The position numbers were made by a program, and so were the translations under genes. This document shows, piece after piece, positions 10,306-20,989 of a stretch of 64,000 nucleotides of DNA. Each line of letters starts with the position of its first letter. Within the stretch, counting starts at the first letter, position 1. The notes under the pieces are model-generated. The model worked only from the letters and a program-made list of their open reading frames with translations, ran no database searches and had not been told where the DNA came from. The DNA comes from Macrostomum lignano (taxonomy: Eukaryota): assembly GCA_002269645.1 (NCBI GenBank), contig NIVC01002369.1, forward strand, positions 62,001 to 126,000. Direction: 5' to 3'.

Positions 10306-13300
10306 ATGGCAACCGCTGTGCTACCTCCGCCGCCGTCAATGCCGGATCCGAACTCCTCTGGCGGCAGCTTCAGTCCGCTAACTCTGTTCGAATGCACCAT
10401 GACCAATGCCGGCATGCTGGTGGACAGTATGCCAGTTAGGGACCTGGTCTCGGCCCTGCGCATCATTGGCACTCTGCACACTCACGTTGTCAACATCATG
10501 GACCCTGGCGTGGCCAGCGTGTGCGACCTGGCCGATCAGTTCAACTCTCACCGGATTAAATGCCCCGCTGCCGCTGCCGAGACCGCCGCCGCCTCAGCTG
10601 CCGCCGCCGCCTCAGCTGCCGCCGCCGGCGAGGCCGAGCAGTCGCCAACTGCCAACTCCTCACTAGACGGAGGCGGCAACGCTAAGAAACGCTTGAAACT
10701 GGACGATAATTCTATGGCCTCATCGTTAAACGATCAGAATTCTACGGATAACAATCAGACACTTAATAACACCGCTTCAGCTGCTGCCAATGTCAAATCC
10801 GAATCTGTTGCCGAATCTGATGATGATTGCTGTATCCTTGACGACGGCGGCTTAGGCCTGATTGGTTCCGACTTTTACACCAGCATGCAGCAGCAGCAGC
10901 AGCAACATCAGCCTCGCAATCCGCAGATATCCTCAGCAGCTTCAGCATCTGCCGCTCCACCCTATGGCGGTCCCGTGCAAGATTCGGCAGCTATGAAGCA
11001 GATTTTACGCAACACCTACAAAGCTATGCGAGCTGGCGGTCCGCACCTATACGATTTTAATAGGCCGTGAGAGATTCATCTGTGAATTTTCTATTGGGTT
11101 TGTTAAATATGACAGATTATACTACTGAATTGAGAGTAGCTTAATACTGCATGTGCCTCACAATTTATTAGCTTGAGCTTAAAAATCAAGAAATTATACT
11201 ACTTAATTGATAGTAGTTTAATTGCACATGTACAGACTTATTAATGCTTCTCAGTAATCATTACTGCGGTTTAAAAATCTCAGAAGAGACTACACTACTT
11301 AACTGAAAGTAGTTTAATAGCACATGCACGGGGTTATTTATGCTTCTCTTGAATCATTTCTACAGGTTTTAAAGAATTAAAAGAGATAGTACTACTTACT
11401 GTAATAATAAGTAGTTTAATAGCACATACGCATAGTTTTTCATTCCTAATAATCGTTTTCTCCCTACCCTCACTGCCTTGTCTGCGCCAGCTGGAACGAT
11501 CCATTGAACCAGTCCGTGACTGAACGAATTGTCAGCCAAATTGTTGCCACAACGCCTGACATTTCCGTGTCTCCAGACGACTGGCGAAGTGAGTGCAGCT
11601 CCATTTTGAATGTGTATAAAAATTATTGTGTGATTTGTATATACGTAGATATTGAAACATTGGCGCGGTAGCATTTGCAGAGGTTTACAACCCCCAGTTA
11701 CTGTTTCATTATTATTAATAATAGTATTATTATTACTATCCTCATCCTCAAAATGAGAGCCTGATGCTCTCTTGACGCACTGATGAACCATTAATTGTAT
11801 GAATTAATTAACTCATTAAAGCATTAATTGGCCTGTTAACAATGCATAGTGCCGAGTATAAACAATAATAATTCCGCTGCAAATTCTAATGACATTTAAG
11901 GTCAGTCAGTCTCTATGCAGTTCTAAAGTCTATTCGCATTTTTGCAGCCCAAATGCTCAGACTATGGGAAGAAATGCATCCAAGGCGCGATGTACAGTTG
12001 AAAAAGCTTAGAGACAGGAAATATTGTCGAGTGAAAAGAGTAAGTTAAACAGTATGAGGAAATATATATTAATTTAGCCTTAAAAACTACTGCCGTGTGC
12101 AAATGATACTACTGCCCGCGTGAATTTAAAACTCAGCCAAAACAACATTAGTTTATGCTACCTTTTAACTCTACACTGAAACACTTGGACTGTAGAACTG
12201 TGCAGTCAGTTAATCGGGCAGCTAATGAGCAATCCGTCTGGCAGAAATCTTGATTTGAAACGTCAGACCATGAGAAAGTGCGGCAGATTGCGCACCGTAA
12301 GAGACTTTTGCTACTTACAGGGGTGGGGAACTCCGGCCCCCCGGGCCCTGTGACACTTAACTCTCTTTCTCTCGCCTCTTCTCTCTCGCCTCTCCTATCC
12401 CCTTTTCTCCTCTCTCTCTCTTATCTCTTGTGTCTCTAGTAAACAAGTTTGCCGACCCCTGTGCTACTAGAAGATTCTGTAGCCGTTTGTTATTCCTGCT
12501 TTCGCAATCCTCTGCGAACTGCATTATCGTTGCGCTAATAAAAAGAATCCGAAGCAATGCTTAGTAGGATGTGTTGGGCATGGTGATGTCTCTCTATCTG
12601 ATAAATTTGCAGGCAAATGTGCCGTAGCAATATTCACCCCGCTGCATAGGGAGACGGTTGTCAAGCACGAGGATAGGAAGCGGGTTAAACGAAAATATTC
12701 CCGAGTTTCCGCTGTAAGTTGACCTTGATTTCTAAGAAATACCAAATACCAAACCCTCGCCCTCACCGTTTCCTCTGCGAAAGTCGCCGACATTTGTATA
12801 CAAAATAAATAAAGCACAGCTAATTTTGTTTTAAACTGTCAATCCTATCTGTAGTTCGATGCAATTTGACATTGTTTGACAATTCCGCGTCAATGAAAAG
12901 CGACGCCGTGTTGAAATACGAGGCCAGAAAGCGGTCAATGCGTAAATATGCCAGAGTTAGCTCTGTAAGTAGTATATGCTTGGGGGAAATTGTCCGCTAA
13001 CACTTGAACAAGATCTCTGCAAATTAAAACCACAAGTGCCCGTTAACCACCAAAGTTTCACTGTGTACTTTTTATTGGGTTGGAATGCTTATTTTACTTT
13101 AAACACTTGCAACTAATGATGTCTAGGCGGTATAGACGAATTTGTGCGCACCGTTTTGGACGAAGAGATGCGCAATATTAAATCGCGTGGTTATAAACGG
13201 CGCTATAGCCGTATTACTGCGGTAAGTCTCATTAACCCGGGGTGTGTGTGTGTGTGTGTCTGCCTGTCTGTGTATGTGTCTGTCTGTCTGTCTGTCTGTC

Positions 13301-14976
13301 TTAGTGTCTGTCTGTCTATCTGCCTGTCTGCCTCTGTCTGTCTGTCTGTCTGTGTAGTGTCTGTCTGTCTGTGTGTCTGTCTGCCTGTCTGTCTGTCTGT
13401 CTGTGTATGTGTCTGTCTATCTTGTCTGTCTGTGTGTCTGTCTGTCTGTGTGTCTGTCTGTTTTTGTCTGTCTGTCTGTGTGTCTGTCTGTTTGCCTGTC
13501 TGTCTGTCTGTCTGTCTGTTTGCCTGTCTGCCTGTTTATCTGTCTGTCTGCCTGTCTATCTGTCTGTCTGTCTTAGTGCCTGTGTGTCTGTCTGTCTTAG
13601 TGTCTGTATGTCTGCCCGCCTGTCTGTTTGCTTGTCTGTCTGTCTATTGGCGTTAACCTATGTATTAAAAATCCAAGCCCTACCTAGGCTGTCTGTATTT
13701 AGAGTATATAGAAAACTGGGCAAATTAGAAATTCATTCAAGCCACTCAGAAGTCCTTTTCTCAACCTCTGCTAGTCGCTTTCCGTTGTGTATTTAACTTT
13801 TATTTGCTGGTTTTGAGTGTTTTTACTTACTATACTCCAATATAACTATGCGGTTCTGACTAGGACTACTGTACCATATAATGTTTGACGATGGCCGCTA
13901 CACTGGTAGCGAGGGCGGTTCTTGCACCAAAAATCGACTCAAATATTGGCGTCGTTATAGGCGAATCTCTACAGTAAGTTCCCTCTGCACTTGTCATATC
14001 GGCCTAAGCAACAGTTATTATGTTGCTTGCCCTTAGCAACAAAGACTTTATATGCTGAACAATAGTACACAAATACCTTGTATTGCATACAGCTTTAATT
14101 AAGGAGATATTGTTTACAAAGCAGCAAGCTGATCTGGCCGCCGCGCGGAAACGCATGCGCGTACGCTGCGTAAGTTCAATTGGTCAGAATTTATTGATCT
14201 CGGCTTTTTTACATCATATACCTACTCAACCCGCTACTGATAGTAATATAATTGGGTCTGAGCACTTGTTTTATAGTTTCTTTTTGTCTACAGATTGGAG
14301 CTTCATTAGAAACCTGCAAAAAAATCTAAACAAGCTGCTTGGACTTTTCTATAATTGATGTACGTCTAGGTCCCGGGTTCGAATCCGCGTCGCGACTTGC
14401 ACCAATTCGGCTCTTTAGGCCCTGCCTGACCACTAATGCATAGCAACAGAAATTTGTGGAGATGCTGGGGTGAACCGCAATAAATGGAGACCTATTCTTT
14501 CCTAATAGGAGGTCTTTGACAAACTTGACTCCCACGTCTAATTAAATCCTGACTAAATATTAGAAAGTGTATGTTCTCAGGAGTCACTGCTCACCACCTC
14601 CCCCCCCCATTACTCGCATCGCCATCCAATGCAGAAGCTGTCCCGTCGTCAGAAGGCATTCGAGCAAGTCCTGCCGTCGCTGAACCCGGACGATCTAGAC
14701 AAGTATCGAGTTGTGCTATCGCGCGATTTCACTTCGTCAGACGAGGAGACTGAGGACGAATCCACTGGCGAGACGGCCCTGCGAGTTCGAGAACTTGTTT
14801 GGGAGTCGCAGGAGGTCCGCCAGGTGAAGCAGCGGCTAGATCAGACGTTTATGAATCGATTTGCCACGCAGAAGCAGCGAGCCACGCTGCAGCGCTGCAT
14901 TCGAAACGCCGGCTGCACGAGTTCGAGGACGCCACCCGCTGAAGCGCCGGACTGGGCTCTGCGAGCTCCCGAGTGA
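10306..14976 (+). CDS. C14orf93-like protein: constant exons 10306-11066, 11491-11588, 14635-14976 plus one of seven alternative exons (425-439 aa)
   Basis: Exon 1 ends AGG CC|GTGAGA. Exon 2 (GCCAG|C...CGA A|GTGAGT) gives [24 protein letters not shown]. The last exon (GCAG|AAG) gives KLSRRQKAF...FTSSDEETE...[21 protein letters not shown]...SSRTPP...PDWAL, resembling the C14orf93-family C-terminal motif order. Family call is from recalled motifs, not a search. Confidence 0.8.
11118..11432. repeat. Diverged ~95 bp tandem repeat (3-4 copies) in intron 1 of the C14orf93-like gene
   Basis: Recurrent TACTTAA(T/C)TGA..GTAGTTTAAT(T/A)GCACAT. Confidence 0.55.
11666..11685 (+). promoter_or_regulatory. 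Candidate docking site (CGGTAGCATTTGCAGAGGTT) for competing RNA pairings
   Basis: Its reverse complement AACCTCTGCAAATGCTACCG is matched over 8-18 nt upstream of each of the seven alternative exons. Confidence 0.65.
11921..12039 (+). CDS. Alternative exon A: (I)[39 protein letters not shown]
   Basis: ATGCAG| ... AGA|GTAAGT, 119 nt, phase 1 to 0, open. A second in-phase acceptor lies at 11947. Confidence 0.8.
12196..12296 (+). CDS. Alternative exon B: (K)[33 protein letters not shown]
   Basis: CTGTAG| ... ACC|GTAAGA, 101 nt, phase 1 to 0, open; weak pyrimidine tract. Confidence 0.7.
12318..12461. mobile_element. Small hAT/Charlie-like MITE inside the exon cluster
   Basis: TIRs CAGGGGTGGGGAACT / AGTTTGCCGACCCCTG; near-8-bp duplication TGCTACT(T)A / TGCTACTA; CT-rich interior. 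Confidence 0.65.
12613..12713 (+). CDS. Alternative exon C: (S)[33 protein letters not shown]
   Basis: TTTGCAG| ... GCT|GTAAGT, 101 nt, phase 1 to 0, open. Confidence 0.8.
12855..12964 (+). CDS. Alternative exon D: (I)[36 protein letters not shown]
   Basis: TCTGTAG| ... TCT|GTAAGT, 110 nt, phase 1 to 0, open. Confidence 0.8.
13127..13221 (+). CDS. Alternative exon E: (S)[31 protein letters not shown]
   Basis: GTCTAG| ... GCG|GTAAGT, 95 nt, phase 1 to 0, open. Confidence 0.8.
13241..13645. repeat. (TG)n/(TCTG)n compound microsatellite between exons E and F
   Basis: Seen directly; explains the VCLS-type ORFs. Confidence 0.95.
13864..13973 (+). CDS. Alternative exon F: (R)[36 protein letters not shown]
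   Basis: CTGACTAG| ... ACA|GTAAGT, 110 nt, phase 1 to 0, open. Confidence 0.78.
14093..14169 (+). CDS. Alternative exon G: (T)[25 protein letters not shown]
   Basis: CATACAG| ... TGC|GTAAGT, 77 nt, phase 1 to 0, open; shortest and most diverged. Confidence 0.7.
14369..14560 (+). mobile_element. Possible 5'-truncated tRNA-derived SINE
   Basis: B-box GGTTCGAATCC at 14376-14386 preceded by GGTCCCG. No A-box or cloverleaf visible. Confidence 0.35.
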
Positions 14977-15340
14977 AAATTGCATTGACTTTTATTCAAG
15001 GGCAACTTAGCTAGAAGGCAGAGAGCATATGCTTTGTTTCTTAAAAAAGCTTTGAAGGCTATTTTCTACGCAGAAATCGCTCGATGCAAGCCGGCCTTCA
15101 AATATTTTCTAAGAAACCCAAAGTTTCCCATCCTCGGACTTCTGTGCTACTGACAGTAGTTTTTTAAGTCAGCTTTTGTCTAAGACGATTTCTTGTATTT
15201 AAACCAGTGGCATCAGATTTGCAATTTGTGTTACACGAAACTTAATACATTTGACTGGCAGTTTAAATACCTGGGTGTTGCATTTTGTTGTGTAAGCTGT
15301 CGGTGAACCAGTTACAATTATCTGTAGGATTTCTGCAATC

Positions 15341-15343
<3 letters not shown>

Positions 15344-15376
<33 letters not shown>
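15344..15376. repeat. (TA)n microsatellite
   Basis: Seen directly. Confidence 0.95.
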
Positions 15377-15379
<3 letters not shown>

Positions 15380-15829
15380 CATGTTTTAATTTATAGTAAT
15401 TCTCGTCTCGCATATATTCTATTCTCTTGTTTGCACCGATTTTGTTTATAAATAATCAAACAGGTTAACTTTTTTACATTTTCTTAACAAGTTGCTACGG
15501 CTACAGATTAATGTTAGTGTAATATAAACATGCAGCGCAAAGTGACTTGTCGAAGTTGTCGTTGTCAGCATAATCCATACGCTTGTGCATCCTGTTTAAT
15601 ACCTGCCATTATCCAGCTGTACTTCGTTGAACAAAGCTTGAATACGAATACAAGTTTAGTGTTATTCTTCAACAGCAGACCAGAAATTTACTCATGAAGG
15701 CACCGTGCTTATTGTCATGCTCGCTATTCAATTGTGTCCATTGATGTGTCTTCAGGTCTTTAGCTTTTTGTTATTGATGAAAATCGACAGATAGGTAGGT
15801 AGATAAATATGTGTGTAGGTAGGTAAATA

Positions 15830-15836
15830 TAGATAA

Positions 15837-15909
<73 letters not shown>

Positions 15910-15945
15910 AAGATATATAGATATTAGATGGATAGATAGATAGAT
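15830..15945. repeat. (GATA)n microsatellite
   Basis: Seen directly. Confidence 0.95.
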
Positions 15946-16439
15946 ACATTCATAGGTAGATAGATGCGTACGTAGATAGACTATTTAGAATCTCTATAGT
16001 AATAACAGTATCGCAATATTGCAAGGAGTTGGGCGAATGTGCACTGAAATCTCTTAGCAGCCACTTTGAATATTTGTCCCAGATTCAATAGCAGATTTTT
16101 GCAGACAGTACGGGCTCTCAATAGTGAAAAGCCGAGCCCAGTTCGAGTCGCACGTGCTCTGAAAGTAGAAAATTCTCGAAATTGGGTCAGCGCGTCTGAA
16201 TTAGTGTGGGGGAGTCAAGATTTGAGACTTCAAAAGTCAGTCGCAGACATGCAGGTACCCGTATTTTAAACATTTTTGAAAGAGAGAAGTGAAATTTCCA
16301 CGCTGAGGGAACGCAAGCACGGATATGAATTCGAGTCGCTATTTTCAAGCATTCAGAATTTAACGTTTTAACTTTATCTATTCAGCAGCAGTTCTTTTGG
16401 TTGGAATTGGATAATCAGATCTTTCCGAAGCTCCATAAA

Positions 16440-17260
16440 TCGTCTAGAATTCTTGCTTGTTGCCTTCACATCCACAAGCTCGAAGCTTCACATATCGTCT
16501 AGAAGTCTTGCTTGTTGCCTTCACATTCACAAGCTCAAAGCTTCACAAATCGTCTAGAAGTCTTGCTTGTTGCCTTCACATTCACAAGCTCAAAGCTTCA
16601 CAAAACGTCTAGAAGTCTTGCTTGTTGCCTTCACATTCACAAGCTCAAAGCTTCACAAAACGTCTAGAAGTCTTGCTTGTTGCCTTCCCATTCACAAGCT
16701 CGAAGCTTCACAAATCGTCTAGAAGTCTTGCTTGTTTCCTTCACATTCACAAGCTCAAAGCTTCACAAATCGTCTAGAAGTCTTGCTTGTTGCCTTCACA
16801 TCCACAAGCTCGAAGCTTCACATATCGTCTAGAAGTCTTGCTTGTTGCCTTCACATCCACAAGCTCGAAGCTTCACATATCGTCTAGAAGTCTTGCTTGT
16901 TGCCTTCACATTCACAAGCTCAAAGCTTCACAAAACGTCTAGAAGTCTTGCTTGTTGCCTTCACATTCACAAGCTCAAAGCTTCACATATCGTCTAGAAT
17001 TCTTGCTTGTTGCCTTCACATCCACAAGCTCGAAGCTTCACAAAACGTCTAGAAGTCTTGCTTGTTGCCTTCCCATTCACAAGCTCGAAGCTTCACAAAT
17101 CGTCTAGAAGTCTTGCTTGTTGCCTTCCCATTCACAAGCTCGAAGCTTCACAAATCGTCTAGAAGTCTTGCTTGTTGCCTTCCCATTCACAAGCTCGAAG
17201 CTTCACAAATCGTCTAGAAGTCTTGCTTGTTGCCTTCACATTCACAAGCTCGAAGCTTAA
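16440..17260. repeat. 55 bp tandem repeat, ~15 copies (CGTCTAGAAGTCTTGCTTGTTGCCTTCACATTCACAAGCTCGAAGCTTCACAAAT)
   Basis: Near-identical units with no spacers. Confidence 0.95.
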
Positions 17261-19879
17261 TAATCGTACAGAATTCTTTTTTGATTAGATAAGTTCCATA
17301 ATTCTGGAGAAGTTATGCTTGTTGCTTTCACAAGCTCTGCTTTCAATTCACACTACCAGTTCTTTCTATAATCACTTCACTAGCTGACGACTAAAACCAG
17401 TTCGACCAATGTCAACTTTCGAACTAGGAAAAGCTGTCCTTGCTATTCTCTGGAATTCCCCTATTGCTTTTAACAGTCGTGACTTTTACGTGTATATCTG
17501 CAGTAGGTGCGGGTTGTCTCCATGTCTAGCCTCGGGGGTTGAATACTATTATTATATTATATAAGCCAAGACGTAATTCTTTGCTGTAGTTTCTCGTGTA
17601 TTTCAACCGACACAAGAAGCCCATTAACCTGTTATATTGGCTATAAAATTCTCCCACTGAGTGCCTCCACGGACACAGCCATATTACACGTGGAAGTCAA
17701 AAGTTAAATTACACCCATGTACGAGTAGATTTTATTTAATTTTCGCGTATTACCCAACTTCCGTTTTTAGGGAACTCCCGTCAGTCGCTATAGGAGTCCT
17801 TTGTGAACGTGCAACAGGCGTATAACACTGTAGCTACTGTTAATAGGGCCGATAAGTCTTTGTTCTTGTCACGCGCTTGAATTCGGATTCCCCGCTGGTC
17901 AGTGGTTCGCTCCGGAGGGTTGGGTTAAGTGTCGTGATGCAATCAGCATTAATTAGAGCTGTGTCCTCCACGCGTGTGTCTGCTTAGGTCCGGAGTTATC
18001 GTTATGATAATGGATGGCTGGTTGCAGGTATGAAGTTTTAACTGCAGGATTTCCGCTTCTCCTTTTAATTCTTGAGTCATCGCGCGCTGAGTTGTCTCGA
18101 AGAACTTGGAGCTAGTGGCCGCGGCCCGCACGCGAGCACATCCGAGTGTTCGGGAACAGAGCTAACAGATGGGATAATTTCATAGCTGGATTGGACTGCA
18201 GATTCTGATAGGCAGATACAAGCGGAAGATTGAGGAAGCTGAGTCTGGCTTGCCTGCATCATCATCAACCCCGTGCTGTTTCCGCTGACCAGTTCGCTAC
18301 ATTGAACAGTGTCGCCCGTCTGCGCGCCCCAGAGCACCACTTCTAACACTTAATTATATATCGAACCGCTATATTCTGGCTGCAGTTATGCAACTGGGAG
18401 AATGCTCAAAATATGAGGCTGGTGTAAAGACTATATAATCTCGTATAGAAAGAAGACCCAAAAGAAATTTGTTGCTTTTTTGAACGCCCGGCTGAGCAGA
18501 GAAACCGCGAGTTCCCCGCTGTTTGAGCGCAGGTGAAACGTAACAACAGACATCTTTTAGTATCGGCAATAATTCTCTTGAGTCGACACCTAAATCTACA
18601 AGCTTCTCCAAGGTCCCGAAGATAAGAGATTTCTGCTTTATAGTAGGCAACACAGAATTGCAGTCTGAGATAGATAAAAATGCATATATTTTAAGACAAA
18701 CTGATAAAAGAGACTTACAAAACCTAATTTTGAGCAAACAGATGCTTTGTGTAGACGCGCAAAGAAATAAGATCCAAGATAGATCATAAAATCTGTTATC
18801 AAAACGCATGTAAAGTCTCTGACTACAATCCAGATTCGTCTAGAATATGATTTTGTTCAGTGTCCGACCATCAGTTTTATCCTGTCTGCATGGAACCATG
18901 GCGGTTTCCGTGAAATTTGAAGCAACCGCCATTCCATGACGGCACGCGCCTCTCGTTTCCTGAGATTTGACCCTTCCCGCCCCCTGCCAGACTTCAGAAG
19001 CGGCTACCGTTGTTTGTTAAGGATTCCATGCCGTGTCTCCGTCCAGTCGCCTCTTGGATTTATAGTGACTCTGCCGTCAATGTGTCCCTACAAAGTTAGC
19101 AAACAGTAAGCAGAGATAGGAGGCGCGAGAAGGGAGTTGAGAACCGGTGTTTGCTCAACCACACGCTCCCTGGATGGACTCGTGTCTCATAAGACTGAGC
19201 TAGTCTCTAAGCGGAGTCAGCCTCGCTCGTTCGGTCTCTATGCAACGTCGGCACTTAAACACACAACCGCAGTCAGAAACTTTATCATCAGAGCTGTTTT
19301 CCAACTGATTTTCAATATATCCAACAGCCATCTGCATGCGCCAGCGTCCTCTGAAGGCATGCGCCTAAACAGAACAACATACATCCGTCATCATTCGTTC
19401 GCCCTTGTTTTCATTTCTCAATATTCGAAGTTTTTCGAGGTCAGATAGATGGGGGGGGAAGTAGAGGTGACCCCTGCAGTGATCCAGCTGGACAAACTTT
19501 GCGGCCGGGAGGCGGGCGATGCAAAAGTGTCCGGAAATGAGACGCTTCGAACTTAGGGAAATATTTTCTTCAGGTGCCCGGTCTGCGGTTACCAAAATAT
19601 TATTTGTTTATTAGGAATGAAATTCCACGATTTCTCTGCGCATGTCTACATTTAAAAAGCGGCGTGATGCCTGAAACTTCAATAGCAATTGACACTTGAC
19701 ATTGTGGACAAAGGAGCCAGATGGTCAAGGCTGGTAAGGGTGAGAAGGGGGAGAGAGGAGGAATGAGACAGGGGAAGAATGGCAGAGGTGAGTGAAGACT
19801 GTGATGTGACTGCAGAAGAGATGGGAGAGGTGAGAGTGAGGGAGAGAAAGTGAGATATAGGGAAAGTGGATATGAGAGG

Positions 19880-20360
19880 AATAGAGTTGAGATCGGAGGG
19901 AGAGAGTGGAGATGGGAGTGAGAGAGATGGGAGAGAGGAGATGGGAAGGAGAGGAGATTGGACGGAGTGATGGGAGAGTGGGGATGGGAGAGTGGAGATG
20001 GAAGGGAGAGTGGGGATGGGAGGGAGAGTGGAGATGGGAGAGTGGGGATGGGAGAGTGGAGATGGGAGAGTGGGGATGGGAGAGTGGGGATGGGAGAGTG
20101 GGGATGGGAGAGTGGAGATGGGAGAGTGGGGAAGGGAGAGTGGGGATGGGAGAGTGGGGATGGGAGAGTGGAGATGGGAGAGTGGGGAAGGGAGAGTGGG
20201 GATGGGAGGGAGAGTGGAGATGGGAGGGAGAGTGGGGATGGGAGGGAGAGTGGAGATGGGAGGGAGAGTGGGGATGGGAGGGAGAGTGGAAATGGGAGGG
20301 AGAGAGGAGATGGGAGGGAGAGAGTTGAGATTGGAAGGAGAGAAGAGATGAGAGGAGATG
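19880..20360. repeat. Purine-rich minisatellite (GGGAGAGTGG(G/A)GAT)n
   Basis: Seen directly; G-rich strand. Confidence 0.9.
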
Positions 20361-20989
20361 GGAGGCAGATCAATGCAGGATTCTGTTACGAGCTATACAA
20401 CCTCAACCACCGGGAAAACATTCATGCCGGAAATTCTCCATCGCCCAACCTGCCGGGGGGGGGGGGGGGGGGGGTTGGGAATGTAGGTAACTGGCTGCGC
20501 GCGTGTCTCGCTCGCCTATCTGCGAGTGGAGACTTGAGTCCGGTCGAACTTTCATTAGAATTTAATAAGCTTGAGTGTGTTTGGTCACGCCGCCGCCTTT
20601 GGTTGCGGTCTCGCTGGCCTTGGTGCGCGTGACTCCTGTTTTGGCAGGTGCGTGCCTGGGGCACTCGCTGTGACTGGCTCTATAATATATGGCTTGAAAT
20701 GAATTTCAAAATTGGATTGATTGAATCGGTGTTGCTGTCTCGGCGTAGCTGGGGTTGAGAGAGTGGTCGCGTGCTTTTATTGCTTGAATATCGGTTGAAG
20801 TGGGCCAATCTATGCATATACATAAATATATATGGCATACTTGATTGCGGTTGATACACAACTTTTCTGTAAAAAGTTTTTCTGGACTCTGTACAGAAAA
20901 TAATGGATGTTGTGGAGGTGTTAGGGGCCACTTGCTGTTTCTGAGGCGTTCTTGATGCCTCTGATGTCCTTTCACTTGCGTCCATCAGT

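Noticed and set aside
12471-12590. Extra variable exon between B and C
   Set aside because: Acceptors at 12470 and 12482 lead to TAA TAA in phase 1, there is no GTAAG donor, and the segment contains selector C.
14369-14400. tRNA gene
   Set aside because: Only a B-box/T-arm is present; no D-arm, anticodon arm or acceptor stem.
16440-17260. CRISPR-like array
   Set aside because: Units are contiguous near-identical 55-mers with no unique spacers, no cas genes, and a eukaryotic context. The same applies to the other arrays.
17949-18809. LINE ORF1/RT remnant on the minus strand (ITITPDLSRHTR; LEKLVDLGV)
   Set aside because: Motif echoes are too short, frames are broken by stops, and no diagnostic YxDD or endonuclease motif is present.
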